Source: Chrysomallon squamiferum
Taxonomy: Eukaryota; Animalia; Mollusca
Reading direction: 5' to 3'
Assembly (NCBI GenBank): GCA_012295275.1
Contig: CM022670.1
Span: forward strand, 31,868,001 to 31,932,000
Length of the DNA: 64,000 bases
The number at the start of each line of letters is the position of its first letter. Positions within the stretch are counted from its first letter, which is position 1. Below, in pieces: positions 27,755 through 42,400 of this stretch. Made by a program: the position numbers and the translations under genes. The notes under the pieces are model-generated. The model searched no databases. It had not been told where the DNA came from and saw nothing but the letters and a program-made list of their open reading frames with translations.

Positions 27755-30700
27755 TATTGTCATCTATGACTGAATTTAATAAGAAATGTATATACAGCGA
27801 AGTGCACACTCAAAGCTCATGACTCCTGAATGCTTTATGTAACACCTAAGAAAACTATCTTTTTGATCTTACCACGTATCTATCACAATGTTATCAGCAA
27901 CAAGTCAACAAGGTGACATGTAACGTTCATTGCTCTTTACACAGAAAACTGTTCAATACAAGTATATAACATATAATGGGTTTCATGTTCTTACTCTTAT
28001 ATGGGTGACAGACAGTAATCATGATTGCTTTTTGTGTTGATGGAAGTTAAGGATAATGGGCTAATTTCAGTGAATTTCACCCCACAGTCCTAACACCCAA
28101 ATCAACAACAATTAATACAAAGATACACGTATTTCTAAGTTAAGCTGGTATGCTGTGGGTAACAGATCCACTGAATGGGGAGTGGCAGACAACCAGAGGG
28201 GAGTCCAAATAAATTTCATCATTTAACCCCTTTGCATAATAAAGAGTGTTATTGGAATGACTTAATGGGTGTGAAACAGAGTACTAAACATGCCTCCTGG
28301 GGACTGCTGAGCAAGCCAAACTGTGATGATCTCTTAGAGATCAATCTTTATCACAACAGTCTGTTAGTGGTTCAGAACTTTATTAAGGTTCCTTAGGTAA
28401 CAGTCATGAAAGCATTTAATACATTTATTTGCAAAGTGTATGTTATAAACTGAAGCACAGTTTAAATTTTTTATGCAGTGAACATTATGTGTGTTCTGTT
28501 AAAAATCATTGGTAAATTTGTGTGCAACTTAAACTGCCATTATTAACACAATACTGCATATACATAAACACTAACTTTCTACATGATATATCAATAAAAT
28601 ATTTAACTAAAAAGAAAAACTTATTTTTTCTCTTAATGATTCTTTCCTTTTAAAGTCATTAATTTAGAAATTTTTTAAATTTTGTAATTAAATACACAAT
28701 AATTTTTTATAAATAAATATTTAAAAGCAGAAAGTAAATTTACCATAATTATTTAATATTATATCAAGTTTATTACATTTATAATAATGTTTACAGTAGT
28801 AACTAATACATCACTGAAAGATTAAGTTCTCAGCATAGAGGAAAAACTTGTGTGTATTATATATTCAGTTAACTTTGTGAAGTATATATTCATTATTTAA
28901 AAAGACATTTTTCTTGATAATTCAATATCTATATATGTCAAGTATTTTAGAGGATAAGTTACAAATCTTAATAACTTTATTTTAGATGATTAGCTTCAGG
29001 TGTGTGAAGGTGTATAATTTAAAATGTTAAAGGTGGTCTGCCAATTTCAGAAACCACCACCCACCTATAGAAGGTGATGAGAATTTAGTTACGTGCTTTT
29101 AATTGAATCTAATGAAGAAAAAACATGACAACAATTAGTTTATTGAGGCTTGGTAGAAAAACGGAACACACCCTTTTAAGTCTGTTTGAAGTTCTCCAAA
29201 TTTTGAAGCAGTGAATATAACAGTACCAATAATGCTTGAAAGGGGTGCTGTCCCTAATTCAAATCTGACTGACTCACTAGCTCCATTTTCAGAGAGCAGT
29301 ACTGAGGCCCAGTCAGGATTAGACACAAACAAATGATTATGATACTGATGGGAATTTGTATATTCTACAGGTGGCTTTAAATAGGTAGACTATGTTCTCA
29401 TTATCAATGGGTGAATTAACAGGAAGTCATGAACTGGCTGTGCTATGAACTTGTTCACACAAATATGTTTAAAATGGGTGACAGGACTGTGTAGCTTGCA
29501 TACTTGAGTTAAAGCAGTCTTGTTGTTTGGTTGTCATGGTGTTGAACAACAAACTGGTGGCTGGGTGGCCAGCAATAAATGGAAATTGTTATGAATTTAG
29601 AACAGCTTGGTGCACTGAGCTTGTAAGTGCAAGTTCACAACTGGTAATGTGTTTAATAATAAAATCCTGCAATGCTGAACTTGAAGAACATGTATTATTT
29701 CTTTTGATATTAAAGTTTTAAAAACTTAATTGTTACTTGATATGAAAACCATAAGTTTAAATGCATTTAATTAACTTTTAAGAGAATTTTCTTTTTCATC
29801 TCAAAAATGATGCTCTTTAATATTAAGTAACTGAAATCTAAGGTTCTATTAACAATGAGAAAAAGTTCTTTAATTTATCAATGATAATTTTTTAATAGCA
29901 TGGATGTCAAGCTAATAATATACCTGTCTCTTATAGTAGTTGTAGTCAATATTATTTCACCCTTGTTATCTCCAAAGGGCAGCACATACCTCATAATTTA
30001 ATTTTTTTTTAAAGTGTTCTTAGCAAGTACAATGATCTTCTAACTTCAAGCCTGTCTGCAATAGCACTAAAGTCACTTTTCTAATATGTCAAAGGTTAAG
30101 GCACCACACACATCTTCCCCCTTAAAAAAAGCACCTATTTACCCTGGAAATTCAGACCACCCTGAAAGTTGATTTTGTACAGTCATTCTCTTAACATGGT
30201 TACCTACATAAATAAGTAAAAATGTATAAAGGTCAAATTGCCAGACATCGTTCATTCCTGAAAGATTTTATTTTCTTAAAGAGCTTAATCATATCACTTT
30301 GCAAAAAAATCCACAATGCATAAAATGGGTTATAAATAACAGGCATTGTCTATTACTACAATTATGTCATTTAAACATGAAAGCCTGATGGTATCTTACA
30401 TATATCAGATGACATTATCACCAAGGATAAAGCGAGAAAAAGACACACATCAAAAAACACCAGACTTACAATAGTCTCTTTACAAGACTGTGATAAAGTA
30501 ACAATGTCAAATTACCAAAGTAATTATGATCATGTAGTCAGTGGCTGATCAAGACTGGGAATGTCAGGGGTGCTGACCTGTTGAAAAGTTCTCTTCATTT
30601 TGAAAACGATATTTTTTTTTTTTTAAACTATAAAAAGCTTGATTAGATCTTTTCTTCCTTACTTCTTCGGATTATCACATGAACCAAACCAACATATTTT

Positions 30701-33700
30701 AAAGTCCTAGAATGGTCAGAAGTTATTCATTTATATAAAAATGTTGGATTCAACATTCATTTGTCTCTCTCTTTCTCTAAAGCATTTTCTTTGTTTGGCA
30801 AAAATTAAAATGAATGTGAAAAAAGACCATTTAAATTTGATTAAGACACAAAATATTTATCAATCCTTATGTATGGATCATCTTCTTAGTTGAAAATAAT
30901 AGCAAACCCAGTAAATATGAAATGGATTATAATAAATATATGTACTGAATGGAAACCCAAACCAAATATATGAATTAGGTTGAAAACAATAACAAATATA
31001 TCTACTGAGTGAAAATGCTGATCAACATTTGAATGACATTTATTTAACAACAGATCAATTCTGTGAATGAAAATGTTTTCTGACTGCAATGTAGGTTAAT
31101 AATATCTATTATTAAAGTAATTTTTGGCTGAAACTGTCACACTGTATTTAACCCCAAATACATGCATTTCACTACGACAAGTCCTGTTCTTAAACCTTCC
31201 CTCATACATTTTCATCACAGAAATATTTCTAAACAGGCTTCCTGAAGATTAGGAGCTGAACTGATGACATGGCAGATAAAATACAAATATAGTGCTGAAA
31301 GACAGGGCCAACCACTGTGTTTTGTATGGACCACACCTCAACAAGTAGCAACTTGTACCTTATCTGCAATTTATCTAACAAGTGAAATGCACAGCAGTTC
31401 CCTAACTCCACTGCTCTTAATATTGGGGCCTTTTCATCTGACAAATACCTACATGTCACTAGGCAATTCAGAAAATCAGAATCAAACTGTCAGACAGTTT
31501 TCTCCCACCCCAGGTAGCAGTGTGTGGGTGCTGTGACTTGTGAACTGTGACATCAGCAATTGCCCTGTCCAGCCAGGGTCAAAGGCAAACATACTGAGAT
31601 AGAAGAAACAAATTCTCCTTGTCAATATATTAGTTGTGTTTTTTCTCTTCATTTCAACCAAGTGAACTTGAATTGCTAGTTATTGACAAGAGGAAATTGA
31701 GTCTTTTGACAATATTCCATTCATAGTAGACACACCCACAAAGGTATAAACATGGACATCATTATCCGTTACACAGGAATGAGATTATAGTCAATTTATG
31801 CAGTGTCACTGGTTCCCTTTTTTCTTATGTGTATACAGTCCACCTGTTTGTTTCATGCCAGGCTTTTCTTGTTAAACATGTACTTACCAAACCTTGAAAT
31901 ATGCTTTTAAAAATATAAAATAAAAATTGTTATTGACATTTTCTTTTATCTTTTGGGGACTGTCCAGATCCTGAACTAAGCTAATGGGTTTTTATTTTAC
32001 TTGTTCAGTTTTTATCTGATCTATCAAACATACTATAAAATCAAACAAAATGGAATGATTTTAGTCATGCTGTTTTATCTTCATGGCCAGTGTTGACAAG
32101 AATATTCAGCAGAAGTTTAACTACAGTTTATCAATAAGCCTTGCTTTATTTAAAAACAAGTCTAGAAAAAAGCCAATATACCTTCAAAAAGAAAAAATAT
32201 TTTTAAAAAATATATATAAATTCTGCTGTATAGAAATCGAAATATCAGTGTCTTCTTAAAATTTTATTTTTGGCTATTCTTCATTTTTTAATAAGAATAT
32301 AAAATATAAAAAAAAGAACTATAAACAAGTATTACAAGAATATTACAACAATATTTTACATATAACTAACCTAATGTTCAGACATATATTACTATTACAA
32401 CCATTCAACTGACAAATTTGCATTTAAATATACATGACCATCAGACAGAAGTAATTCCCAAGAGATGTGGTACATATCTCCTCCATAACAGACTGAGATA
32501 TGGCTACCAAAATTGTTATCCAGTAATTAGCATTAATGTCTCACAGGAAACGGAGTGGCCAGCAGACCACAGATAAAAAAGATCTAAAGCTGTGACATAA
32601 CACAAGACAAATGTCTGATAATTAAATGTTCTGTTGGTGTCTGGTCAGCCCAAACCTGTTATACATCAAGGCTTACTTTGCAATGTGACCACACCATCCA
32701 TGCTGTCTCTACCTGAGAGGTTTCCATGTTGCTGCTTCATCAGTTAGCTGATGAGATCAGACCAGTGTGACTTCTCAAGTACTGATGAATACTTAATTTA
32801 GTTTTCTGTCTGTTACAACTAGATAATTAGAACTGTTGCCATGGGTTTTCTTCCCATGATATAAGAATTAATTAAATGTCATGTGACTGGATTATATCAA
32901 CTATATTTTTCTTGAAACCATCTAAATGACTGACTTGGTGCATTAACTTTTCATTCTGTATATAGCATCAGATTTTTTTTTCATTTTTATATAACAAACT
33001 TTAATAACTTGATATTGTTTCTTACGAGTTAACAAACTGACAATATTTTTTCCATTTTCTCTGAAATTTAACCATCCTCAAGGATAAAAGCTGTGGAGCA
33101 ATAGCTGGAATGGAGAATGATATATTGAGTGTAATATGGAAAACTGATTGTGAAATCTACTTTATATCAGAAAAACAGTCTACAACTCACTCACCTAAAG
33201 TGAAAAGACTTGTAGCTATGTCTGAACAATTAATCACAAAAATGTTCATATCCATTAAAATAATCCAGGTGACACTAAATTTAATCCTTTATTATTATCA
33301 TGATAATATCTAAAACTTCAGGCTATTTAGCAGTCTATTAAGTCTCAATGCAAATAACATACATACATTTATCTACCTTTTAAAAAACTCTTCAATGTGA
33401 AGCCTTATTTAACAAGACTGGATTTAAAATGAAATAAATGAAAAGTTAAAGGGATTCTCATCACACTGGAATCAAAGACCAAGAAAATGACCACCAGTGT
33501 TGTTTTATTGGCTAACATCCAGTGGAATATAAACAGGATCAGTTGCACATGATTTTCCATAAAAGCAGCAGTTATTATAGTTTTCCTGAAGCATCACATT
33601 ATCTGTAAGTGCACTTTTACACAGAACTTTACCTCAATGCTATTTCTGCATAATTAGGTAAATCTATAGAATTTAATGTGAAACATAAACCAGTCTTTAA

Positions 33701-33875
33701 GTGGTTTACCCTACAAGACATTTTTATTTCAAAGCTCCTTGGTGAGTGTGTGTATATATTTGCATGGTTATGTTGATGTAAGTGTGTATGAGATAAACTG
33801 TTTTCTTAATCAAAAACTTGTATTAGAAAAAGTTTTCCAGCTAGTCTGAAGATGAAATTCATTTTAAAAAACATG

Positions 33876-33958
33876 CACACACACTTACACACACTCACAA
33901 ACTTACACACTCACAAACTTACAAATTTACAAATTTACAAACTTACACACTTACACAC

Positions 33959-33989
<31 letters not shown>
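33876..33989. repeat. 8-bp (ACTTACAC/ACTTACAA)n repeat grading into (AC)n
   Basis: Read directly. Confidence 0.9.
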
Positions 33990-33992
<3 letters not shown>

Positions 33993-34365
33993 ACTGATGA
34001 ATATCAACAAACCATTTTTCAATTTTAAAGATTCTTATTTCATTTTAAGCACAGAAACATTTTTCTTTATCTAAATCAATACTTTGCAGGCAATTAAAGT
34101 AACTTCTTTTCTTATACTATGATGTAGTTTTCAGATAGACAAATAAATATTCCATGTTATAAAATAACTGTATCTGTTATCCAGTTAACAGAGTTAGTAT
34201 TCCACATAAAAAGACTGTTGGCTTTAAGAAATCAGAATAACAAAATTCTATCTCACTTTAATTATGGACCATCATGAACAGAAGAACATCAATTTCCTTT
34301 CAGACAGACCAGCAGTAAATCACAATAGCTCAATATTAATATTACAATGTTGTGAAGTATTAGAA

Positions 34366-34479
<114 letters not shown>

Positions 34480-37400
34480 AATCTCTGTTTCACTTTGCCA
34501 CTGGTTCATCTTACCTACCCACTTCTCTTTTACATTCATTATCTCCCTTGCTCAGTTTATCTCGCCTTCTTTTACTGTTACTTCTCTTGTTTTTCTCTCC
34601 CATATGTAATTCATCAATAAATAATAAATATTCTTATATAACTTTAAATGGATTAGATTTGATTTTGATTTTTGTTTTGGTGTTTTCAGCCTCATTTAAC
34701 CTGTTTTATCATGCTACATAAATGATTTACTAGTAAATTCGTTTATTTTCACTCAGTTACTTAATTATTTATTTATTCACACAATAAATTTAACCTCAAT
34801 TATCAAACATCTATTACTTCATAGTAACAGGAAACTAAAAGAAATAATTTTAACACTGATTAAGAATATTAAAGCAAATGTATCATATCCAGTGTCATAT
34901 ACAGCAGCTTTCATTTCTTAACTCTTTACCAAAATGTATCTAAATATTCAACAAAACAGATACAGTGATTATTAAATCTTAAATCTTTAACAAATATCTA
35001 AAAAAAACAGCTGCTCAAGTTTATAGAAACAAAAAATGGTGCAACAGTTAAACGAATACAAGTGAATTATTTCAAATTTATTGACATCAAAGTTCAGCAC
35101 ATATTTATTCTCTAACAAATCAAAGCAAATTACTCAATAAAAGCCATAAGTAAAATAAAAAGATTTCAATTACTATCATTTTGATATATATGTAATTAAA
35201 AAGCATAACATAACAGCCTCAAAGTATCCATTAAAAAGATTTAATGGCTTGTTCAAAATGGAGTCAAGAGATAAACTGTTTTATCAGTTGTATTAGAATG
35301 TTCAAAAGTAAATCCATGCAGGGACTGAATGTAGATAAAGTTGAATACTTTACTATCTTTGCTTTTATTTCACGTTGCTATGATTTAATGATGAATCCAC
35401 ACTCCGGTATTAATCTGTAATTCTGTAATCACAGATTATGTCAAAAGTTAGGATGATAATGATAATCTAATACATACCAAAATTACATGCACTAAAGTCA
35501 TGGGTCATTGGATATATTCACTCTTTTTTCTTTTCTTGTTCTTTTTTTTTTGTATTTAAGAATATGTTATTGTATTGTTGGTTTATTTTATTGCAGTTTT
35601 TTTCCCCCAAATATGTATAAATATGATGTAAACGTTATGTTATAAAACAGTAATATGATTGTTCAGATGAAACACACACACAAAAAAAGAATGCTTATAC
35701 ATTACATCTTGTCTTTACACTTTTCATTAAGATTTGAAACACAATCTTCACTAAAACCAGTGAAATGCTTTCTTTCTGTTAATATTGTTTATTATCTTTA
35801 ATAGCAAGCCCATGCTGTCAGTTTTAACCTTGGACCACAGGTGCACAGCAGGATATGCAACAGCACCTAGCATCAGATAAAAAGAGGATCATGTTTAGCC
35901 ATCCTAGGTGTGTACCAATTAATGTTATGCAAGAAAAGTTGTGTACATTTAACTTGTTTGGAATTCAGGAGATTAAAATAGTCCAAAGCTGTTTATTTAC
36001 TAAATCATGTCAACCCATGGGATCCAACAAGGGCTGTATGCATTATGTAAAAATGTCAGTGGCATTACTGAGATTTCCATTCAGAGTTAACAAACTTGAA
36101 ATTTGGCAGTAATTGTAATGTAATTGCTAAACATTACAGTGGTGTTGTAATTACTAGTAAACTAACAAAACTCCCATGGCCATATCAGAAAGAGATTACA
36201 CTTTTCTAACTTTTCTTAATTATTATGTCAAATCCATGTATTGTATATATTCATGGGGATTTTTTATTTGCATTTTTTTTTTTTTTTAAACTGTTTTCCT
36301 TTTTTGTCCCTCAGTAGTTATATTTATTTAGCCTTTTAGCTATTTAGTCACTTACAGTTTATTTATTTTGTGTTTGTTAACAAATTGTATGCAGTAATAG
36401 AAAAAACTAAAATAAAAAATCTCCTCCATGGATTTGACTGCCAAAGCAATACACATCTAATATCCAGGAAGAAATAAAATGTTAGCATATCTTTTTTATT
36501 TTTTATTTTTTTCAGCACCAGATAAATTCATTATGTCATTTCATAAACACATCAGGCAAGGATGAAAGTGTATTTTAATAGCCAACAGCTGCTACCCCAT
36601 GTAGCTGCTAACCTTGAAGCCATGTGCTGCGTCTCTAATGTTACAGTCTTAACTGCAAGTCAAACTTTAACTTCACATACTCCAACCCTATCTTTACTAC
36701 CCATCAGCACTGATGTCTTTCCTTTGAAATAATTAAATCCACATGATCAAACAAACAAATTTTCAAAATTCAAAATACCAAAATAAACTAAAATTTTAAT
36801 TTATTTTTATTTTTTTATTATTTTATTTTTTTTTTAATATGTTAATGAAACAAAATTTAGAAAATTAAGACTGAGAGAAAGTGTCTTTTTGTTTTCAGTT
36901 TGGAGAATAGAAACCGAAAAATGTTTGGAAAGGGCATAGATAAATTTTTATACTAACTTTATCTTGTAAATTTGTGGTCTTAAGCTGATATATTTGAAAA
37001 TAGTGTAAATAATTATCTATATTCATTAGAATGTTCTTTCAGCTATTTCTAATTCCATCTAGTGCACAACAACTGTTTATCGAAGGCTGGGTTATCTGTT
37101 TTCCTGACCATAGCAAGATGAACATAAAGTATCCTTGTTGCACTTTTCTTGTTTCTTCTCTATGAGTATCTTCATTACAAAACAGCTATATGATTTATAT
37201 CTATAATATCCATTATAATTATAGAATGTTGAGTTGACATTATTATTCTTTAAATTTATTTTGAAGTGTTATGAATTAGTGTATGTATTAATTATAATTT
37301 ATTCAGTAATATCTATATAACTTAAAATTTTAAAACAATTAATGGTATAGGCTGTTGAGATGATTTTAAATAAATATTATTCTTTAATTCATTTTAGAAT

Positions 37401-37825
37401 GTTACAAATTAGTAAGTGTACAAGAAAAATGTATACATTAATTATCTCGCAGAGAGATAAATAAAAAAATGTCCTGTCCAAGTTTGCTGAGGATAGACTC
37501 CATCATAACAACATCAACAGAGAAATGGCATTTTATTACAGAGGAGTGTCAGCAATCTATTATGACTTAGTTTGAAATCTTTAGTCCACGAAGTTTTCAG
37601 TTTATGTGAACAAAGATATTCAACAGATTACTTTAATCTGATAATCCCATGAAATCTGACAGGTAGGTGTGAGACAAAGTGGTTGTTGTCAGTGGAGGCA
37701 GTGGACATATTAAAATGAAGGTTAACAAGGAACAGATTATCATAATTGTTGGTTTCCTTAAAAGGATCACAAACACATTTAAAACAAATAAGCACATTGT
37801 CTAAGAGACACACAGAGCTAAACAT

Positions 37826-37826
<1 letters not shown>

Positions 37827-37871
<45 letters not shown>
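37827..37871. repeat. (CA)n microsatellite
   Basis: Read directly. Confidence 0.95.
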
Positions 37872-37873
<2 letters not shown>

Positions 37874-39423
37874 TTCTCTCCCTAATTATTATCAGTTTTC
37901 CACTTGTGCTAATGACATTACATTTTACCCATCTTATTAACAGTTAAAAAAAATAAAATTGTATTTAACATTACTATAACTTATTTTTCAACATGCAACA
38001 GGATATTAATTCCATTTACATTCACCAAATATAACCAGAAATCTGAGATGTGATTAAATTGTAACAAAACCAACACATTATTGAAAAAGACCTTGAAAAA
38101 TTGTTTTCAAAAAGAATATTAAAAAACAAAATTGTAATCTGAAGTCCAGCTGATAATCATGTGACCACAATGTCTGATGGACAGACAGCTACATGATGGT
38201 CAACAACAGCATCAACTCAACATCTCTGCCTCATATTCTCTGTACATGACCAATAGAAGACAATTTTTCAAAAGTCTGACAAGTCTGGATACAATGTTAA
38301 AGACACACATGTCGAGAGGATATAATTATTTAAATTGGTAACATTAGCTTTAGCAACTAACATGGAAAGGGGCAAAATTAAACTTGCAGAGCAAACAGAT
38401 GAATTAGGCCATAAATGAAAGATGTGTACCCAACACAGGAAGTGAAAAAAAAAGAGGAAAACTGAGATAAAATATATTTTGAAAAAAAAAAAGTATTTGT
38501 ATATTTAGAAATATTAGAAAGGTGACCAATTATATAAGTTTTAAAATAAATTCAGCAAAAAATATTAAAGAATAAAATATATATATACATTCTATTCAGA
38601 TAAAATTATATAGTACATAAATGTCAACTGTATTCAAATGGAGTTGAAAATGTTACAGTTGAAGAAAATGTCTTTAAGATGAGGAAACAGATTGTGCAAG
38701 TAAGATGACAGAGAAGTACTGAGTCACTGACAGTTAATACCCTTGCAGGATTTCAGGCTTGGTTTCTATTTTACCAAAATGTCCTATGTTTTCATTAGAT
38801 ATTGTAAACATCACCTGCAGAAAGTCAGCCAGTGCTGACCCCTAGTGCCTCATTAAACATACTTTTTCTCAATTTCCTGTAAATATCTGAGTAAGCAGAT
38901 TGCCTGCACTGTCTGCCACTTTCACTTACATGGATAGAACACTTTTTATGATAATTCTTTAATTAAAACAGAAATGATTCAGTTAATGTCAGTCTTTCCA
39001 ATTATTTTAATATATATGAAAATATATGGAAAGTATATGTAAAAACTGGAAAAATATTAAAGAAAATAGTTTGTGTTTATTTGAATCTGTTGTGTTTATG
39101 CATTGTGTAAATGCATGAATAATATGTTTGTGTGCATTTAAATGTGTACCAACCATTTACTTTAAACATTTCTTTTTTCCTTTTAACCCCCAGTTTCCTT
39201 ATTTTCCCTCCCTTCTGTCCCCTTCTCAACACACAGACTTTGTAAAGTTTGCTGAATCAGCCATTTCCCTCCCTGCCTGACTGTTTATAACAAAGGTCTT
39301 GTCAGGGTCAGTGACATGGAGAGCTGTGAGTCTGTCTTCATGCTCACAACTCCCAGCCAGCCAAACATATTCATTTTGATCATGTAATGTCCACACCTAA
39401 TTCTATTTTACCTTTGAAATATA

Positions 39424-39429
<6 letters not shown>

Positions 39430-39460
<31 letters not shown>
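39430..39460. repeat. (TA)n microsatellite
   Basis: Read directly. Confidence 0.9.
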
Positions 39461-39465
<5 letters not shown>

Positions 39466-42400
39466 CAGATACACACTTTGTGGCTGTTACTGTCCAAGTT
39501 CAGTTGCATGCATGGTGGATTATAAACAGTCTACAGGGAAGTCAACACAGAGGTAGTAACACTGTAAGAATTTCAAAGGCTGTTTGTTGATTGACAAGAT
39601 TAAATTATTGGAGGAATCTGTTTATTGTGAAGAATCTCTCTCCAAAATGTCAACAGCCACATTGTTTCCACATGACCGTGGTGTGGGCTTGTTTTTTTCT
39701 GCTGATATGCAGTTTATGCTGGCTATAAGAAACGTTTGCACACAGGCACATTGTTAACATTTTGTTAGTGGGTGGGTGGTTTATTTTTATTTATTTTTTT
39801 ATCTTTCGATCATGTTTCATTTTAATATTTTTATATCCAAACTGTTTATAGTTTAACTCCTGTTATTTAGTACACAGAAAAATGCAATAGGGATTTTAAT
39901 TTTTGTTTTTTTATATATGTTTTAATTACACTTTTAATAAACTCAGCCTGGGGTATACTGTGTAATAAAAACTGCTCTGTGTATACTAAATTTGGACATT
40001 AAAAAATAAATGTTTTTATGCTGCAGTGTCTTTATAATTTAAAAATTTGAATATTGATAATATAGATTAACTTCTTTTATAAAATGTGACTTGTATAAAA
40101 TATGTCAGTATATATACTTCTGTTATTTAATTCAAATAATATAAAATATATGTCTGTATCAATTTATTTATATGGCTTGTGTAATCTAGTATAATGCATT
40201 ATAATCTAATGTTACATGCACTGCAGATTATATTTTTGTACAAATTATTTTATATAATTTTCTTAGTTACAAAAATTGCTTTTAGTGTGTGTTTTTTTTT
40301 AAACATTATTGGCAGTGAATTTATTTTATTTGAAAGCATTAAGGTAGAATCATGAAAGCTTAGAAGCAAGTAACAATGCTTTATTAAAAGTGTGTATTTT
40401 AGTAAACTATCTCAATAAATCATTTCTAACATTCAGCTTATTAACAATTCTTTCACTTGAACAATTAAATTAATAATTATTACTATAGACTGAATTTTTT
40501 TTTTTCTTTTTCACTAATAAATCTCAGAAGCATCAAATAATAAAATAGCATGAAGACAGCACCTAAATTTACTTTTCTATTAAGAACAAGAATTCATAGC
40601 TGTCAACATACCACCCACACAACTGCTACCTGCAAAATACCTGCTAATGGTCAAATTGAAATAACAGGAGTGAATCAATAGACTTGATTCAACAGAGTGC
40701 TGTCCAAGGGCCAAGATCACTGAGAGGTATTTGTTGAGACAATAGTGTTAGAACCCAGACATGTGTGACTCACAGTATGTCATGGCAACATGTCAGAATA
40801 CAACCATTCAGAGTATGCCAAACTGTTTCCAAAGGCAACATTTTGGTAACTGTAATTTTTGTTTCGTGATAGAGTCAAAATATAAGACACAAAAGTAAAA
40901 TGATATACATTTTTTGTTTGTGAAGTAAATATATTATTATACAAAGATTTCTTGTATATTAACTTCAAATAAAAAAAATATATATATATATATATGTATA
41001 TATATATTTCATTTTCGATGACATTCATCAAATTAATTTACAACCTTTTCCATAAAAATAAAAATCACATTTAACTTCTGAGTTTCAGTCACAAAATCAC
41101 ATGATGGAAAAATCCAGATAATTCAAATTATTTCTAATACATTTCTAATCTGATATTAATATTAAATATCTAATACAATGTAAAAGTCAGTATCTAATGT
41201 TTAATAAATATTAATATCCAAAATAACAATATTTAAAAAAACAAATACCCAGCTATCTAAAAGGTCTTTACAAAAACCTTAAACATGAATTAAATATATT
41301 AAATGTAATTAAATTCATATGAAACAGGACCAGAAAGAAAATTCATGTTTACTTATTAAAATCCTTATGGTTTTTACATACAGGACATGAGGGGTCTGCT
41401 TCTAGCTCTTGTTTAAAATAAATTAAAGAAAATCTTGTAATGAAGACAGTTTTCTGTGTGAGAGAACCACAGATTTAACAAACCCAACAACCAAGTACTG
41501 TCTGCAGAGATTAACCTACTATGATGAAGAAAAAAAAAAGAAGAAATGAAGCAACCATAAATATAGCAAATTACCTATTGAAATTTTATATATATATATA
41601 ATTTTTTATTTTGTTCTTATTTAAAGGAAAGTTAAATTCAACAAATCAACCTTAAAATACAAAGCAGAGTGGATTTGCATTAATAAATGTGTGGGATTTG
41701 TGTTGTTATTTTAAATCTTTATTTTATTATATACTTTTTTTTCTAAATAATTTTATATACAGTTCAATACTTCTTTTACTATATCTGTCTTGTTAAATCG
41801 GTATAAAAGAAATCTACATTACAAAATTTCATTTTATCTTGTTATATCACGTTAAATAAAATTCACAGTATAAGCCAACAATTTTCTTAAAGCTGATTCT
41901 TTTTAATTTTACAGCCTCAGAAATGTATCTTAAAGTTAAAAATTCATTCATTTCTGTTTTATTAGAGAAACAAGTATGGTCATTTTGTGTCAAGTATAAA
42001 AGAATTCCACGATAAGTTACCAGAGTTTGCTCCCTTTGACTTTAAAAGTCACAGTCTCTTGATTAACAGTCAGTGGGCCAGACATGGGAGAAAAAAGACC
42101 TTTGCAATAAGATGAGTGAGTGAGTACAGTAAAATAGCTATACATGGGATCAAAGGCATTGTGTCCATTGTGTAAACTCCATTCAAGGTTACTGGAAGAA
42201 ACAAATCAGTATTCCAGTCTCCCTGTTTATTCACATGTTTCTTGGATAAGCTTTACCTTAATCCTTAATCTCAATGCATTAAGCCAACATAGGCCAGACA
42301 TATCAGCAATATTTTTTCAAATTATTCATATTAACATATACAAAGGATAGGTTGTGACAAAACGTATATTATTTTAATTTTGTAGTTATTTGTATTCTTT

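Noticed and set aside
27873-27934. Minus-strand exon candidate ending GTG|gtaaga
   Set aside because: Stops in all three frames and a weak acceptor.
29135-29332. Protein-looking 65-aa minus-strand ORF
   Set aside because: Non-ATG start, no convincing splice sites, no recognisable motif, and a length expected by chance in a GC-balanced island.
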